A DNA stretch of 64,000 nucleotides from Bacteroidota bacterium (GCA_023386045.1 JAEWKK010000008.1:34653-98652); one strand, 5' to 3'; counted from the first letter of the stretch, positions 7,187-17,183 are shown. Program-made: numbers and translations. The notes: generated by a model not told the origin, from the letters alone.

Positions 7187-8431
7187 CTACCTCAACTTCA
7201 CAAATCTTGTGGCATCCACATTTCCATCTGTTGTACTGACCTGGACGATGTATTCGCCAGTAGCTATTACGGCGAGGCTGATAGTTAGCAATTCTTCTGC
7301 AGACTTTAATTGATAGCTTCCCTGGTAAACCATGCCTCCGGAAATGTGAAAGATGCGTAATTGCGCATTTTTGTTACCCATCGAAGAAATTTTCAGGGAT
7401 AACTGCTCACCCGAAATGATTGCCTGGTTTATAGCCAGTTCTTTTCCTTTATTTTGAATTACAACAACATCAGAATAAAAGCTCCTGTTATTCTCCGAAA
7501 TTTTTAAGCGATAAAATATTTTTCCAGCTGGCGTATGATCATCAGTCCAGCTATAAAAATTATTATCCTGTCCCTTTCCATTTACCTCTCCCACTGATTG
7601 AAAAATAGTTCCCTCGCTGCTTCTCTGGATAATAAATCTCGTTTGTGGTTCTTCATCAAAGCTTTCCCACCAAAGTGTGGCTTTGTTGTTATTTAATGCA
7701 GCTTTGAAATTTTTTAACTGTAAGGGCAAAGGTGCATTGGAAGGAAAGAATTCTTTTTCAACCGCCTTCTGGAAAAGCAGGCGATGACCCAGGTCGTTAA
7801 CATGGATGCCATCCACATTCACTGCAGAACTAATATTGTACTGTCCATCATTACTCACCAGGTCCGACCAGAAATCTATGGCATACATTCCAAAATTATT
7901 ATTGATTGAATCAACCAGTGTTCGCAGGCTATCCCTGCGTGCAAAATCAGCAAAGTTTCTGGGTTGGGTTGTCGTGATATAGACTTTCTTACCTGCATTG
8001 ATGATTTCAGTAAACAACAGACGGAAATTGTCCATGGTTTCCTTCTTGCTAAACCCCCAATCCGTATCATTGGAAGGCAGGTTGATCACTATAATATCCG
8101 GGTTCAGGCTTAATGCCATGGTTACATTACGTGACTGGTCAGGTAAAGGTTTCCCATTGGGTGTAACATAAGTTGCTGAAGGTGCCGGCATCACATGATA
8201 AGTTGTAAATCCCCCCAGGGCCAGGTTTGTCACAACAGTATCCGGGTTGCCAGGGGTTGTATTTTTCCTGTAATAGCCCTGGAGCCTCCAAACCCAGGCA
8301 GAATCGAGGGTGGAAGGACCCGTTCCGGCAGCAGTAGATGATCCCAATACCACAATATGTTTTTGCTGGGCATTCGACAGGGTAGATAGCAGTAACCCTG
8401 CAACAATAAATAGTAACAGTCTTTTTTTCAT
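7187..8431 (-). CDS. SGNH/GDSL hydrolase with a T9SS C-terminal sorting domain
   Basis: Signal peptide MKKRLLLFIVAGLLLSTLSNAQ. Block I is VVLGSSTAAG and block V is DGIHVNDLGH. The C-terminal approx 80-aa beta-rich domain ends in TRFVKLR, which is Por-secretion CTD-like. The start was moved to the Met at 8431. Confidence 0.75.
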   Translation of the reverse strand: MKKRLLLFIVAGLLLSTLSNAQQKHIVVLGSSTAAGTGPSTLDSAWVWRLQGYYRKNTTPGNPDTVVTNLALGGFTTYHVMPAPSATYVTPNGKPLPDQSRNVTMALSLNPDIIVINLPSNDTDWGFSKKETMDNFRLLFTEIINAGKKVYITTTQPRNFADFARRDSLRTLVDSINNNFGMYAIDFWSDLVSNDGQYNISSAVNVDGIHVNDLGHRLLFQKAVEKEFFPSNAPLPLQLKNFKAALNNNKATLWWESFDEEPQTRFIIQRSSEGTIFQSVGEVNGKGQDNNFYSWTDDHTPAGKIFYRLKISENNRSFYSDVVVIQNKGKELAINQAIISGEQLSLKISSMGNKNAQLRIFHISGGMVYQGSYQLKSAEELLTISLAVIATGEYIVQVSTTDGNVDATRFVKLR

Positions 8432-8582
8432 AATAAATCTGGTTAGCAGCCGGTTGTTGGTAGAGAGTTTACGGGGGTAGGGAGAAAGAATACCTAAGTT
8501 AAGCTGATGACATTTATTATCAGAATTTTTTTGGAAATCGGGAAAAGAGGTATTAAATTTACTTAGTTGCATAAACAACTAT

Positions 8583-9029
8583 ATGCCAAACAACCATTTT
8601 AAGAAAGGCGAGTTATACAGCTTTATCACCGGCAAGGCTTCAACAGCCATTGCCAGGAGGCTGCAGAAAAAATTCAATGGCGCCAGCATCAACCTCACCA
8701 TTGAACAATGGAGTGTTCTGTATCATTTATGGAAAGAAGATGGTAAGAGCCAGCAGGAATTGTGCAATGCTACGTTTCGCGACAAGCCCAGTATCACCAG
8801 GCTGATTGATAACCTGGAAAAGTTGAATCTTGTAAAAAGGGTTTCTGATGAAAAAGACCGCAGGATCAACAAGGTATTTCTCACCAGGGCTGCCCAGAAA
8901 CTTGAAGAAGAAACCATGCAGCTGGCAGAAGAAACTTTGAACGAAGCTCTGGATGGTGTGCCCGCCGACCAGGTGGAGTTGTGTAAAATGGTTTTGCAGA
9001 AAGTGTATGATAACCTGAACGGATCCTGA
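8583..9029 (+). CDS. MarR family transcriptional regulator
   Basis: 148 aa with a winged HTH (LTIEQWSVLYHLWKEDGKSQQELCNATFRDKPSITRLIDNLEKLNLVKRVSDEKDRR). Confidence 0.9.
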   Translation: MPNNHFKKGELYSFITGKASTAIARRLQKKFNGASINLTIEQWSVLYHLWKEDGKSQQELCNATFRDKPSITRLIDNLEKLNLVKRVSDEKDRRINKVFLTRAAQKLEEETMQLAEETLNEALDGVPADQVELCKMVLQKVYDNLNGS

Positions 9030-9063
9030 TCACAAACTTAACCTTAAACTTAAAAATTAATTT

Positions 9064-10842
9064 ATGGAAGCACTGACAAAACAATCCCTGATGGGTGGTG
9101 AATGGCTGATCAGGGAAAGCGAGGCCGCAGACAGTTTTATCCCGGAAGAATTCTCCGAAGAGCAGCGCATGATACGTGATATGTGCGAGCAATTTCTTCA
9201 GGCAGAAGTGCTTCCCAACCTCGACCGGATTGATAACCTGGAACCTGGTCTTATGAAATCATTGCTGCAGAAGGCTGGCGAGCAGGGACTGCTTTCTGTA
9301 TCCTTCCCCGAAGAATACGGTGGTCTTGGCAAGGACTTCATCACCTCCACCATCATCAACGAATACCTGGGCGCGGGACATTCCTTTTCTGTAGCCATCG
9401 CTGCACACACAGGTATCGGCACACTTCCCATACTTTATTTTGGAAACCCCGAACAAAAACAGAAATACATTCCCAAATTGATCACTGGTGAATGGGCCGG
9501 CGCCTACGGACTTACGGAACCCAATAGCGGCAGTGATGCCTTAAGCGCTAAAACATCAGCGAAACTGAGTGATGACGGAAAATATTACCTGCTCAATGGA
9601 CAAAAATGCTGGATCACCAATGGAGGCTTCGCGGATGTATATACCGTTTTTGCAAAAGTAGATGGAGACAAGTTCACTGGCTTTATAGTAGAAAGAGGTT
9701 TTGAAGGATTTACCCAGGGACCCGAAGAACATAAAATGGGCATCAAGGGTTCATCCACAGTGCAACTTTATTTCCAGGACTGTAAGGTTCCGGTTGAAAA
9801 CGTGTTGGGCGAAATTGGCAAAGGACATAAGATCGCCTTTAATATCCTTAACATCGGCAGATTGAAACTTTGTGCTGCAACAACCGGTGGCGCTAAAAAA
9901 ACGATCACTGATTCTATTGAATACGCCATCACAAGAGAGCAGTTCAAACAACCGATTGCCAACTTCGGTGCTATCAAGCACAAGCTCGCAGAAATGGCCA
10001 TACAGTGTTTTGCCTGCGAGAGTGCCTTGTACAGAACAGCAAAACTTATTGATGATAAAGAAAAGGAACTGGCAGAAAGTGGTAAGCCTTTTAACGAAGC
10101 ATTGTTAGGAGCTGCTGAAGAATATGCCATTGAGTGCGCCATTCTTAAAGTGAATGGAAGTGAGATGGCTGATTTTTGCGTGGATGAAGGAGTTCAGATC
10201 CATGGTGGAAACGGATATAGTGCGGAGTATAATATTTCAAGGGCTTACCGCGATAGTCGCATCAACCGAATTTACGAAGGCACCAATGAGATCAACCGTC
10301 TGTTAACGGTAGATATGACGCTCAAGCGTGCCATGCAGGGAAGACTGAATATCATGGGTCCTGCCATGAAAGTGTCTCAGGAATTAATGAGCATACCTGA
10401 ATTTGGAGATGAAGATGAAACAGCTTTTGCTGCAGAAAGAAAGCTTGTCAGCAATTTCAAAAAAACCATTCTGCTGACTGCAGGTGCGGCTGCTCAAAAA
10501 CTGATGATGAAACTCGAGCAGGAGCAGGAGGTCCTGATGGCTATTGCGGATATGTCTATTGATACTTTCCTTGCTGAAAGTCTTTTGCTGCGAGTGATGA
10601 AACTGGAAGGGCATCAAAACTTTTCTCTTTATAAGGATATACTGAATTGCTTTTTGTACGATGCCGCAGATCGCATTCACAAAAATGGCAAGGACGCTAT
10701 TAATGCCTTTGCTGAAGGCGATGAGCAGCGCATGATCCTGATGGGACTGAAGCGTTTTACCAAGGCAGCACCTTTCAATAGCAAAGAAGCCAGAAGAAGG
10801 ATTGCTGACTACCTGATCAGCGAAAAGCGCTATAGTTTGTAA
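9064..10842 (+). CDS. Acyl-CoA dehydrogenase (long form, about 590 aa)
   Basis: ACAD N, middle and C domains (GLTEPNSGSDA, CWITNGG, QIHGGNGY, YEGTNEI) plus a C-terminal extension. Confidence 0.9.
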   Translation: MEALTKQSLMGGEWLIRESEAADSFIPEEFSEEQRMIRDMCEQFLQAEVLPNLDRIDNLEPGLMKSLLQKAGEQGLLSVSFPEEYGGLGKDFITSTIINEYLGAGHSFSVAIAAHTGIGTLPILYFGNPEQKQKYIPKLITGEWAGAYGLTEPNSGSDALSAKTSAKLSDDGKYYLLNGQKCWITNGGFADVYTVFAKVDGDKFTGFIVERGFEGFTQGPEEHKMGIKGSSTVQLYFQDCKVPVENVLGEIGKGHKIAFNILNIGRLKLCAATTGGAKKTITDSIEYAITREQFKQPIANFGAIKHKLAEMAIQCFACESALYRTAKLIDDKEKELAESGKPFNEALLGAAEEYAIECAILKVNGSEMADFCVDEGVQIHGGNGYSAEYNISRAYRDSRINRIYEGTNEINRLLTVDMTLKRAMQGRLNIMGPAMKVSQELMSIPEFGDEDETAFAAERKLVSNFKKTILLTAGAAAQKLMMKLEQEQEVLMAIADMSIDTFLAESLLLRVMKLEGHQNFSLYKDILNCFLYDAADRIHKNGKDAINAFAEGDEQRMILMGLKRFTKAAPFNSKEARRRIADYLISEKRYSL

Positions 10843-10862
10843 ATATGTAGTCAATAATAAAA

Positions 10863-10896
10863 ACAGGGCTGTCTTACCAGGCAGCCCTGATTATTT
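10863..10896 (+). terminator. Intrinsic terminator after the acyl-CoA dehydrogenase gene
   Basis: CAGGGCTG (10863-10870) pairs with CAGCCCTG (10881-10888), followed by ATTATTT. Confidence 0.55.
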
Positions 10897-11187
10897 CCCA
10901 GAGTTTATTTCAATTATTCAATAAGAATGTAACCCTTGGATTTTTTTGTAACTGTTAGTTTGAGATTAAATAAGTGGAGAGGCTATTTTCTTTCTATCAG
11001 TATATTTTCCATTCTCAAAATCGAATTCATTATTGTCCAGGCATAAGTACTACTATCTTCTTCTCTTGTGTCACTCTCTTCTACGTTCTGTAATTCTATT
11101 GAGCATAAGTGATACTTTCTAACTGCTATCAACATTTCCACTCCCAAATACTCACCCCTCGTCCGCCATAGCATAAGCGCAGGCGGG

Positions 11188-11248
11188 ACTCACCACTCAC
11201 TACTCACCACTCACAATAACTCACCACTCACCACTCACCACTCACCAC
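11188..11248. repeat. Heptanucleotide array, family B (ACTCACC on + strand, GGTGAGT in the sense of the adjacent minus-strand gene), about 8 units
   Basis: Sequence is actcacc actcact actcacc actcaca ataactc accactc accactc accactc accacaa. It ends 3 nt from the TGA stop at 11252-11254. Confidence 0.9.
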
Positions 11249-11251
11249 AAA

Positions 11252-11944
11252 TCAGTTTCCAAAAAACAAAGCCAGCTCCTTCCTCGTCGTCCGCAGTGCA
11301 GTAAGTTCTCTCATTCGCTTGCGCATCATATGGAGTCCTACAGACATTAAGATGGCAGACAATCCAGAAGCAATGAAATACAACATGATTGTATCAGCCT
11401 TGAATGGCGTTCTCAGGATGTAAAAGAAATAATAGATAAATCCATAGCAGGCATACATAAAGAATATGGCAGCCAGCATCAATGTGCGTCCCTGGTTTTT
11501 TCCGTGCATGATGGAAAACTTTACCTGCCTGATAAAAAGAAACAGGGAATAACCCAGCAGGATCAATATACCTGGTCCCATTACATAAATAATGGCTTTT
11601 GGATTAAATCCATAAATACTGATAATGACGATTTCATAAACAACAAATGCCAGCGTCAGGTAGCGGACAACGCCCTGTTTTTTCCTGTTAGGACAAAAGA
11701 AAAGCAAGGCAGTAAGCATCAATGGGATGTCAAGGAAATTATTTAAAACGCCAAAATAGGTACTGAATGAAGCAGAAACAGGTATGAAGCCCTGGGCCAT
11801 TATGTTGTCTATGGCAGTAACACTATAGTAAATCATCAGTGCAGCCAGGCTGCGGTGATGATAGAAACGGTTATATATGATGGCTGCAACAGGTAAAGTG
11901 AAAGATAGTATGCAAGCAACACCAAGCGTGGCATTCAAGCTCAT
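11252..11944 (-). CDS. Hypothetical 6-7 TM membrane protein
   Basis: 230 aa, strongly hydrophobic, with a basic C-terminal tail (MRKRMRELTALRTTRKELALFFGN). I recognised no family. Confidence 0.6.
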   Translation of the reverse strand: MSLNATLGVACILSFTLPVAAIIYNRFYHHRSLAALMIYYSVTAIDNIMAQGFIPVSASFSTYFGVLNNFLDIPLMLTALLFFCPNRKKQGVVRYLTLAFVVYEIVIISIYGFNPKAIIYVMGPGILILLGYSLFLFIRQVKFSIMHGKNQGRTLMLAAIFFMYACYGFIYYFFYILRTPFKADTIMLYFIASGLSAILMSVGLHMMRKRMRELTALRTTRKELALFFGN

Positions 11945-12098
11945 AGGATTCGGTTTAGGATATTGGATCCAGTCTTGCGACTGTGGATTTAAAGTAAAAA
12001 TAATTTGCAGATCTGTGATTTTTTAGTACTGCAAAAAAATCAGGTACTACCCCTTTGGTGCTAATTAGTAGAATTACTAAATCTGCCAAAGTATTTTT

Positions 12099-13277
12099 AT
12101 GCTCTATCTTGGTAAAATGAAATGGTTTTCCCTTTTGACCTGCCTTTTATTGATTAAAAATCTTCATGCACAGGAATTTTTTGCCGGCAGGTCCACAGGA
12201 CAGCTGCCTTACATGGAATATGGTCTTGGTGATGACCGGCTGGGAGGAGCAAAAATGACTTATCTCGATACAGGCATCGCTTTGAAAGTGGTAGACAGCT
12301 TTCAAAATGATTATAAGGTGCGCCTTTCAGAAAGACATTTTGCCTGGATGCCAAAAACACAAATAAAGGCAGATACTTCTCTTCAATTCCAGCCTTTTTA
12401 TCTCAGTTCAAGCTGGCGTGTTTTTGGCGATGAAAAATATGACTACCTCTCTATAAACCTCTCTGAAAAACTTCCTTACCGCAGTTTTCAGGAAGTCAAT
12501 CCATCAAGGATCATCGTGGACATTTTTGGTGTAACCAGCAACACCAACTGGATCACTCAGTTGAAAACAGTAAAAGAGATTGGCAATGTTTGGTATGAAC
12601 AAATTGAAGATGATGTATTCAGGGTGATCATAGAATTGAAACACAGGCAGCACTGGGGATATGCTATCTATTATAATAAAAATGCCCTGCAGGTTCGCAT
12701 TAAAGGACAGCCATCTCAATTAAAAGCAAAGAAACTTACTGTAGCCATTGATGCCGGTCACGGAGGTTCAAACAGCGGTGCAACTGGACTGAATTCAAAA
12801 ATTAAGGAAAAGGATTACACTTTATTAATGGCAAAAAGACTGGAGAGATATCTCAGGTGTAAAAAATTAAAGGTCATTATGACAAGAACTGAAGACACAG
12901 ATCTTTCAATGATTGACAGGACATTGCAATTAAGAAAAGAAGATCCTGATATACTCATTTCCATACATCTCAATTCAGCTTCCAATCCTGGGGTAAAAGG
13001 CACCAGCACTTATTATCGTTATATCGGCTTTCGTTCTTTATCGCAGAAAATACTGGACCGTATGCTTGAATTGGGACTCAATAATTATGGAAATATCGGA
13101 GCTTTTAATTTTTCATTGAGTGGTCCAACCGAATATCCCAATTGCCTGGTTGAAGTAGCTTTTTTAAGCAATGCTGAAGATGAACAAAGAATCCTGGATC
13201 CTAAGTTTCATAAGGAAGTATCAAAGAAGATCTATAAGGGCATTAAAGACTGGCTGAAGCATTGTAAAAAGGGCTAG
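12099..13277 (+). CDS. N-acetylmuramoyl-L-alanine amidase (Amidase_3 family)
   Basis: C-terminal catalytic domain with VAIDAGHGGSNSGATG, ISIHLNS and VEVAFLSN. A signal peptide is present. An alternative start is ATG 12117 (MKWFSLL). Confidence 0.9.
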   Translation: MLYLGKMKWFSLLTCLLLIKNLHAQEFFAGRSTGQLPYMEYGLGDDRLGGAKMTYLDTGIALKVVDSFQNDYKVRLSERHFAWMPKTQIKADTSLQFQPFYLSSSWRVFGDEKYDYLSINLSEKLPYRSFQEVNPSRIIVDIFGVTSNTNWITQLKTVKEIGNVWYEQIEDDVFRVIIELKHRQHWGYAIYYNKNALQVRIKGQPSQLKAKKLTVAIDAGHGGSNSGATGLNSKIKEKDYTLLMAKRLERYLRCKKLKVIMTRTEDTDLSMIDRTLQLRKEDPDILISIHLNSASNPGVKGTSTYYRYIGFRSLSQKILDRMLELGLNNYGNIGAFNFSLSGPTEYPNCLVEVAFLSNAEDEQRILDPKFHKEVSKKIYKGIKDWLKHCKKG

Positions 13278-14143
13278 CCTATTGCAAGTCTCACAAAGAA
13301 CCACACAAATACAGCTGCAAAAAGAAGTGAATCAAAACGATCGAGGAACCCGCCATGGCCAGGCATGATGCTGCCACTGTCCTTTACACCGGCCATTCTT
13401 TTTAATTTGCTTTCAAACAGGTCGCCAAAGGTTCCGCTAACAGCTGCGATGGCAGCAATAATGGCTGCCTGTGTCATGGATAATTTTTGCGTGAAATAGG
13501 CAAGGACCGCTATTACTACGATGGTGAGAACCACGCCGCCTGTAGTCCCTTCCCAGGTTTTCTTTGGCGATATTTTGGAAAGAGGTGTCTTGCCAATCAA
13601 TGATCCAACGATATAGGCCATGGTATCATTGATCCAAAGCGAAAAAATAATGGTCAATGGAATAACAAGTCCAAGGTCAGCCTGACCAGTGGAAGTCCAG
13701 TCATGAGTTCTCAGTTCCACCAGCAGGGCAAGTGGTAATGAGATATAAAGCACTCCGAATATTGAGTATAGGATATTGCTGAAAAAAACCAGCTTTCCTT
13801 CTACCCACATCACCAGTGGCAGAAGGATCATTAAAAGGATTCCTAACCAAAAACCGGCTTCTGTTAATGAAAGACCGGCAATTTTTAATTCATCATTGGT
13901 AAAAAATAACATGAGGCACCAGCCAGCAATCATCACCACATACTGGTGTAAAAGAGAAACTTTTTCATAAGCAGGATTGAATTTTTTTACCAACTTTTTG
14001 TATTCATTCCAGCCACCAAAATGCACGATTGAAAACAATAGGAAATAAGACCATTCATTCCATAAAAGGCCGGCCATCATCACTACAACAAATACCACTG
14101 CTGTAGTTGCCCTTGTTTTAAATGTCTGCCAGTTGAATGCCAT
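13274..14143 (-). CDS. cdsA: Phosphatidate cytidylyltransferase
   Basis: CTP-transferase signature SKLKRMAGVKDSGSIMPGHGGFLDRFDS in a polytopic protein. The start was moved to the Met at 14143 to avoid overlap with the upstream stop. Confidence 0.9.
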   Translation of the reverse strand: MAFNWQTFKTRATTAVVFVVVMMAGLLWNEWSYFLLFSIVHFGGWNEYKKLVKKFNPAYEKVSLLHQYVVMIAGWCLMLFFTNDELKIAGLSLTEAGFWLGILLMILLPLVMWVEGKLVFFSNILYSIFGVLYISLPLALLVELRTHDWTSTGQADLGLVIPLTIIFSLWINDTMAYIVGSLIGKTPLSKISPKKTWEGTTGGVVLTIVVIAVLAYFTQKLSMTQAAIIAAIAAVSGTFGDLFESKLKRMAGVKDSGSIMPGHGGFLDRFDSLLFAAVFVWFFVRLAIG

Positions 14144-14147
14144 GTGC

Positions 14148-15104
14148 TTAGAATGTAATTTGATTGGAAGGCGGCTGGTCATCCTTATATATTTCTGCGT
14201 AGGAAGTTGCTGAATTTCTTTTCATCTGCCAGAGAATATATAAAGTGGCTGCCAGGCTTATTGTAGCCACCAGTATTAAATAAGCAGGATTGACCATTGG
14301 TGTTTCGGGGTTTTTGATCATTTCAGGATTCAGGTATACCAGCACAATGATCAGCCCATCATAAATAAAATGCGCCAGTATGGCCGTCCACAAACTACCG
14401 CTATACCAGTAAAGGGCCCCCAGTAAAATGCCAAGAGCAAATCTTGGAAAGAAACCAAAGAACTGGAAATGAAATCCGGAAAAAATTGCAGCGGTAATGA
14501 TAATTCCAGCCCAGGGACTTTTGAAAGCCCTGATGAAGATTCTTTGCAATATGCCACGGAAAAACAATTCCTCACCTACGCCAGCAAATACAGCAATAAA
14601 AATAAGATTCAGTACCAGTTCGGAAATGGTATGCTTGCGAAGCATGAACTGGATCTGTTTGGCTGCATCCTCTTCCATTCCCTTCATCCATTTTTGAGTA
14701 TCCGCATCAAGATTGATCTTCTGGTTCAATACACCGAGGTATTCAACAAAAGGAATGGCAACTACCAGTATCATAATACCAAGGATCCAGTAAACAGGCA
14801 GCCAAGGTTTTTTTAATCCCAGGTATTCACGCGGTGCAGGATCAGCGAAATATGAATAAAGCAAAGAAGGGATCACAAATAAACCCAGGAATTGCATCAG
14901 TAACATGCCGCGCATAAAATAGATCATGTTAGGATTATTGTAATCCCAGTTTTCTATGTTTTTCAGCTCACTCATGCCGATGCCTGTAAGACTGGAGAGA
15001 ATCATCATACCGAAAACACTCAATATGAAAAAGATCCCGAATGCCATTCCTATGAACATGAGCAATTGGATCCAGGCTGGTCTTGTTTTAAGATATGTTT
15101 GCAT
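14148..15104 (-). CDS. CPBP family intramembrane glutamic endopeptidase (CAAX protease-like)
   Basis: Motifs EELFFRG, FSGFHF and AHFIYD in a polytopic protein. The start was moved to MQTYLKTRPAW (cat at 15102-15104). The 5' part of the ORF-track ORF overlaps dusB in antisense. Confidence 0.85.
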   Translation of the reverse strand: MQTYLKTRPAWIQLLMFIGMAFGIFFILSVFGMMILSSLTGIGMSELKNIENWDYNNPNMIYFMRGMLLMQFLGLFVIPSLLYSYFADPAPREYLGLKKPWLPVYWILGIMILVVAIPFVEYLGVLNQKINLDADTQKWMKGMEEDAAKQIQFMLRKHTISELVLNLIFIAVFAGVGEELFFRGILQRIFIRAFKSPWAGIIITAAIFSGFHFQFFGFFPRFALGILLGALYWYSGSLWTAILAHFIYDGLIIVLVYLNPEMIKNPETPMVNPAYLILVATISLAATLYILWQMKRNSATSYAEIYKDDQPPSNQITF

Positions 15105-15186
15105 AGTTCCTTCCTTTCTTCGGTATATTTTTGTGCATCCTGTGCGAGCTGCAAGATAAGCAGCGATTAAAGAACAGGCATTTCTT

Positions 15187-16221
15187 TTGGTAAATATTGA
15201 CAACATAGCATTACCGGATTTCCCGCTCCTTCTTGCTCCCATGGAAGATGTGAGCGATCCGCCATTCCGTGCGGTTTGTAAAGCCAATGGTGCCGATCTC
15301 GTATATACTGAATTTATCAGCAGCGAAGGACTGATCAGGGATGCCATTAAAAGCAGGCAAAAGCTTGACATCTTTGATAATGAAAGACCGGTGGGTATTC
15401 AGATATTTGGTGGTGATGAAGAAGCCATGTCCATGAGCGCCCGCATCGTTGATACAGTCAACCCCGACCTGCTCGATATTAATTTTGGCTGCCCGGTTAA
15501 AAAAGTGGTTTCCAAGGGCGCCGGTGCGGGGGTATTGAAAGATATTGATCTCATGGTTCGATTGACAAAGGCTGTTGTCAATTCTACTACTTTGCCTGTT
15601 ACCGTAAAAACCAGACTGGGTTGGGATGATGACAGTATCAATATTGAAGAAGTTGCCATTAGGTTACAGGACGTGGGTATCAAAGCTCTATCCATTCATG
15701 GCCGTACCCGTTGCCAGTTGTACAAAGGTGTGGCCGACTGGGAACCCATCGCAAGAGTGAAAAACAATCCTGCCATTAAAATTCCCATATTTGGAAATGG
15801 TGATATCGATTCACCCGAGAAAGCGCTTGAATATAAAAACCGTTATGGTGTTGATGGCATCATGATTGGCCGTGCTGCCATTGGCTATCCCTGGATCTTT
15901 AAAGAGATCAAACATTTTATTGCTACAGGTGAACACCTTCCGCCGCCCGGCATCGAACAAAGAGTAGCTGTGATCAGGGAGCACCTGCACAGATCTGTTC
16001 AATGGAAGGGGATCAAGGCAGGCGTTAATGAAATGCGCAGACATTATACCAATTATTTGCGTGGACTTCCCAATATAAAAGAATATCGTACAAAGCTTGT
16101 GACCATCAATGATACCTATGAAATTGATGAAGTGCTGAAAGAGGTGGAAGCAAAGTATAAAGGATATGAATTTCAGCCAAGAAACATTGACATGAATGCT
16201 CTCTCTTATAGCTGCGATTAA
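15187..16221 (+). CDS. dusB: tRNA-dihydrouridine synthase
   Basis: LAPMEDVSDPPFR, INFGCP and HGRTR motifs of the Dus family TIM barrel. TTG start. Confidence 0.9.
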   Translation: MVNIDNIALPDFPLLLAPMEDVSDPPFRAVCKANGADLVYTEFISSEGLIRDAIKSRQKLDIFDNERPVGIQIFGGDEEAMSMSARIVDTVNPDLLDINFGCPVKKVVSKGAGAGVLKDIDLMVRLTKAVVNSTTLPVTVKTRLGWDDDSINIEEVAIRLQDVGIKALSIHGRTRCQLYKGVADWEPIARVKNNPAIKIPIFGNGDIDSPEKALEYKNRYGVDGIMIGRAAIGYPWIFKEIKHFIATGEHLPPPGIEQRVAVIREHLHRSVQWKGIKAGVNEMRRHYTNYLRGLPNIKEYRTKLVTINDTYEIDEVLKEVEAKYKGYEFQPRNIDMNALSYSCD

Positions 16222-16547
16222 TGCGCAGAAACAAATTTCAATCCTACGATAGAGGCGATCAGTGTTGTAATGAAGAAAAGTCTCCAGAAATCTGCAGGTT
16301 CTCTGAAAAAAATTATTCCTATCAATACAGTTCCAACAGCGCCGATTCCCGTCCAAACGGCATAGGCAGTTCCAATGGGCAGGGTTTGCGTGGCTTTGTA
16401 AAGCAGCAGCATACTTAAACTGAGGCTGATAAAAAATCCAATGATCCACCAGGTGAATGTGGATCCGGAACTTTCTTTTGCTTTAGCCAGGCAGGTAGTA
16501 AAGCCAACTTCAAATAAACCTGCAATGATCAGTAGTAGCCAGTTCAT
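16218..16547 (-). CDS. sugE: SMR family quaternary-ammonium / multidrug efflux protein (SugE-like)
   Basis: 109 aa with 4 TM helices. MNWLLLIIAGLFEVGFTT carries the conserved Glu, and GTAYAVWTGIGAVGT is also present. Confidence 0.85.
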   Translation of the reverse strand: MNWLLLIIAGLFEVGFTTCLAKAKESSGSTFTWWIIGFFISLSLSMLLLYKATQTLPIGTAYAVWTGIGAVGTVLIGIIFFREPADFWRLFFITTLIASIVGLKFVSAH

Positions 16548-16577
16548 GAAAATAGTTTTATTAAGAAAGATAAATGA

Positions 16578-17183
16578 TCAATGGTGGGTCGCAGATAAAA
16601 AACTTTCATCCACAGGTGAGATGCCCGCATCAAAGTAATGAGAAAGAATGCCATCTTCACTGATAAGATATTTTGAAAAATTCCATGATGGCGGTTGATC
16701 ATTCCATCCATTCAATTCTTTATGACTCAGCCAACGGTAAACAGGATGTTGTTGCACACCTTTGCTTACGGATGTTTTTTTAGTGATTGGAAAGCCCAGT
16801 CCATAATTTACCGCACAGAATTGCGCGATCTCTTCATCATTTTTCTTTTCCTGTTCTTTAAAATCATTGGAAGGAAAGGCAATGATCTCCAGGTCTTCAC
16901 GCAGATGCCTGTATAGTTTCTGCAGTTCTGCATACTGGGCGGTGTAACCGCAATTGCTTGCCGTATTTACCAGCAGTATTTTTTTCCCACGCAGGCTTTG
17001 CATGGAAAGAGTTTTTCCATTGTTTAATTCTACAGAAAGCTCATAGAAGGAAACGGGAGGTAGAGTTTTATTTTCATTCACGAGTTTCTTTTGCCGCCCT
17101 GTCATTTTATGCAACAACATCAGCCAGGGATAAAAGAATTTCAATATTTTTTGCTTCAGGTTCATTATGCTGTATTCAGACAA
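16578..17183 (-). CDS. Glutathione peroxidase (Cys type)
   Basis: LLVNTASNCGYTAQY, FPSNDFKEQE and WNFSKYL motifs, with an N-terminal approx 40-aa hydrophobic extension. Confidence 0.9.
   Translation of the reverse strand: MSEYSIMNLKQKILKFFYPWLMLLHKMTGRQKKLVNENKTLPPVSFYELSVELNNGKTLSMQSLRGKKILLVNTASNCGYTAQYAELQKLYRHLREDLEIIAFPSNDFKEQEKKNDEEIAQFCAVNYGLGFPITKKTSVSKGVQQHPVYRWLSHKELNGWNDQPPSWNFSKYLISEDGILSHYFDAGISPVDESFLSATHH

Noticed and set aside
11162-11188. Hairpin TCCGCC-n14-GGCGGA as the intrinsic terminator of the 11252-11944 gene
   Set aside because: The stem is only 5-6 bp with a 14-nt loop, and no U-run follows it on the minus strand. I mention it only as context for the heptamer array.
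15105-15371. N-terminal 89-aa extension of the CPBP protease ORF (similar extensions occur at 8432-8578, 41651-41752, 54392-54466 and 62244-62357)
   Set aside because: The extensions overlap neighbouring genes or promoters. They precede an obvious signal peptide or TM start at an internal Met, and they have non-protein-like composition.
15811-16449. 212-aa minus-strand ORF overlapping dusB and sugE
   Set aside because: It is antisense to dusB, which has clear family motifs, and out of frame with sugE. It is Cys/His/Phe-rich low-complexity sequence and I treat it as spurious.
16578-17183. Selenocysteine-containing glutathione peroxidase
   Set aside because: The active-site position is an ordinary Cys codon within an uninterrupted ORF (NTASNCGYT). 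There is no in-frame TGA.
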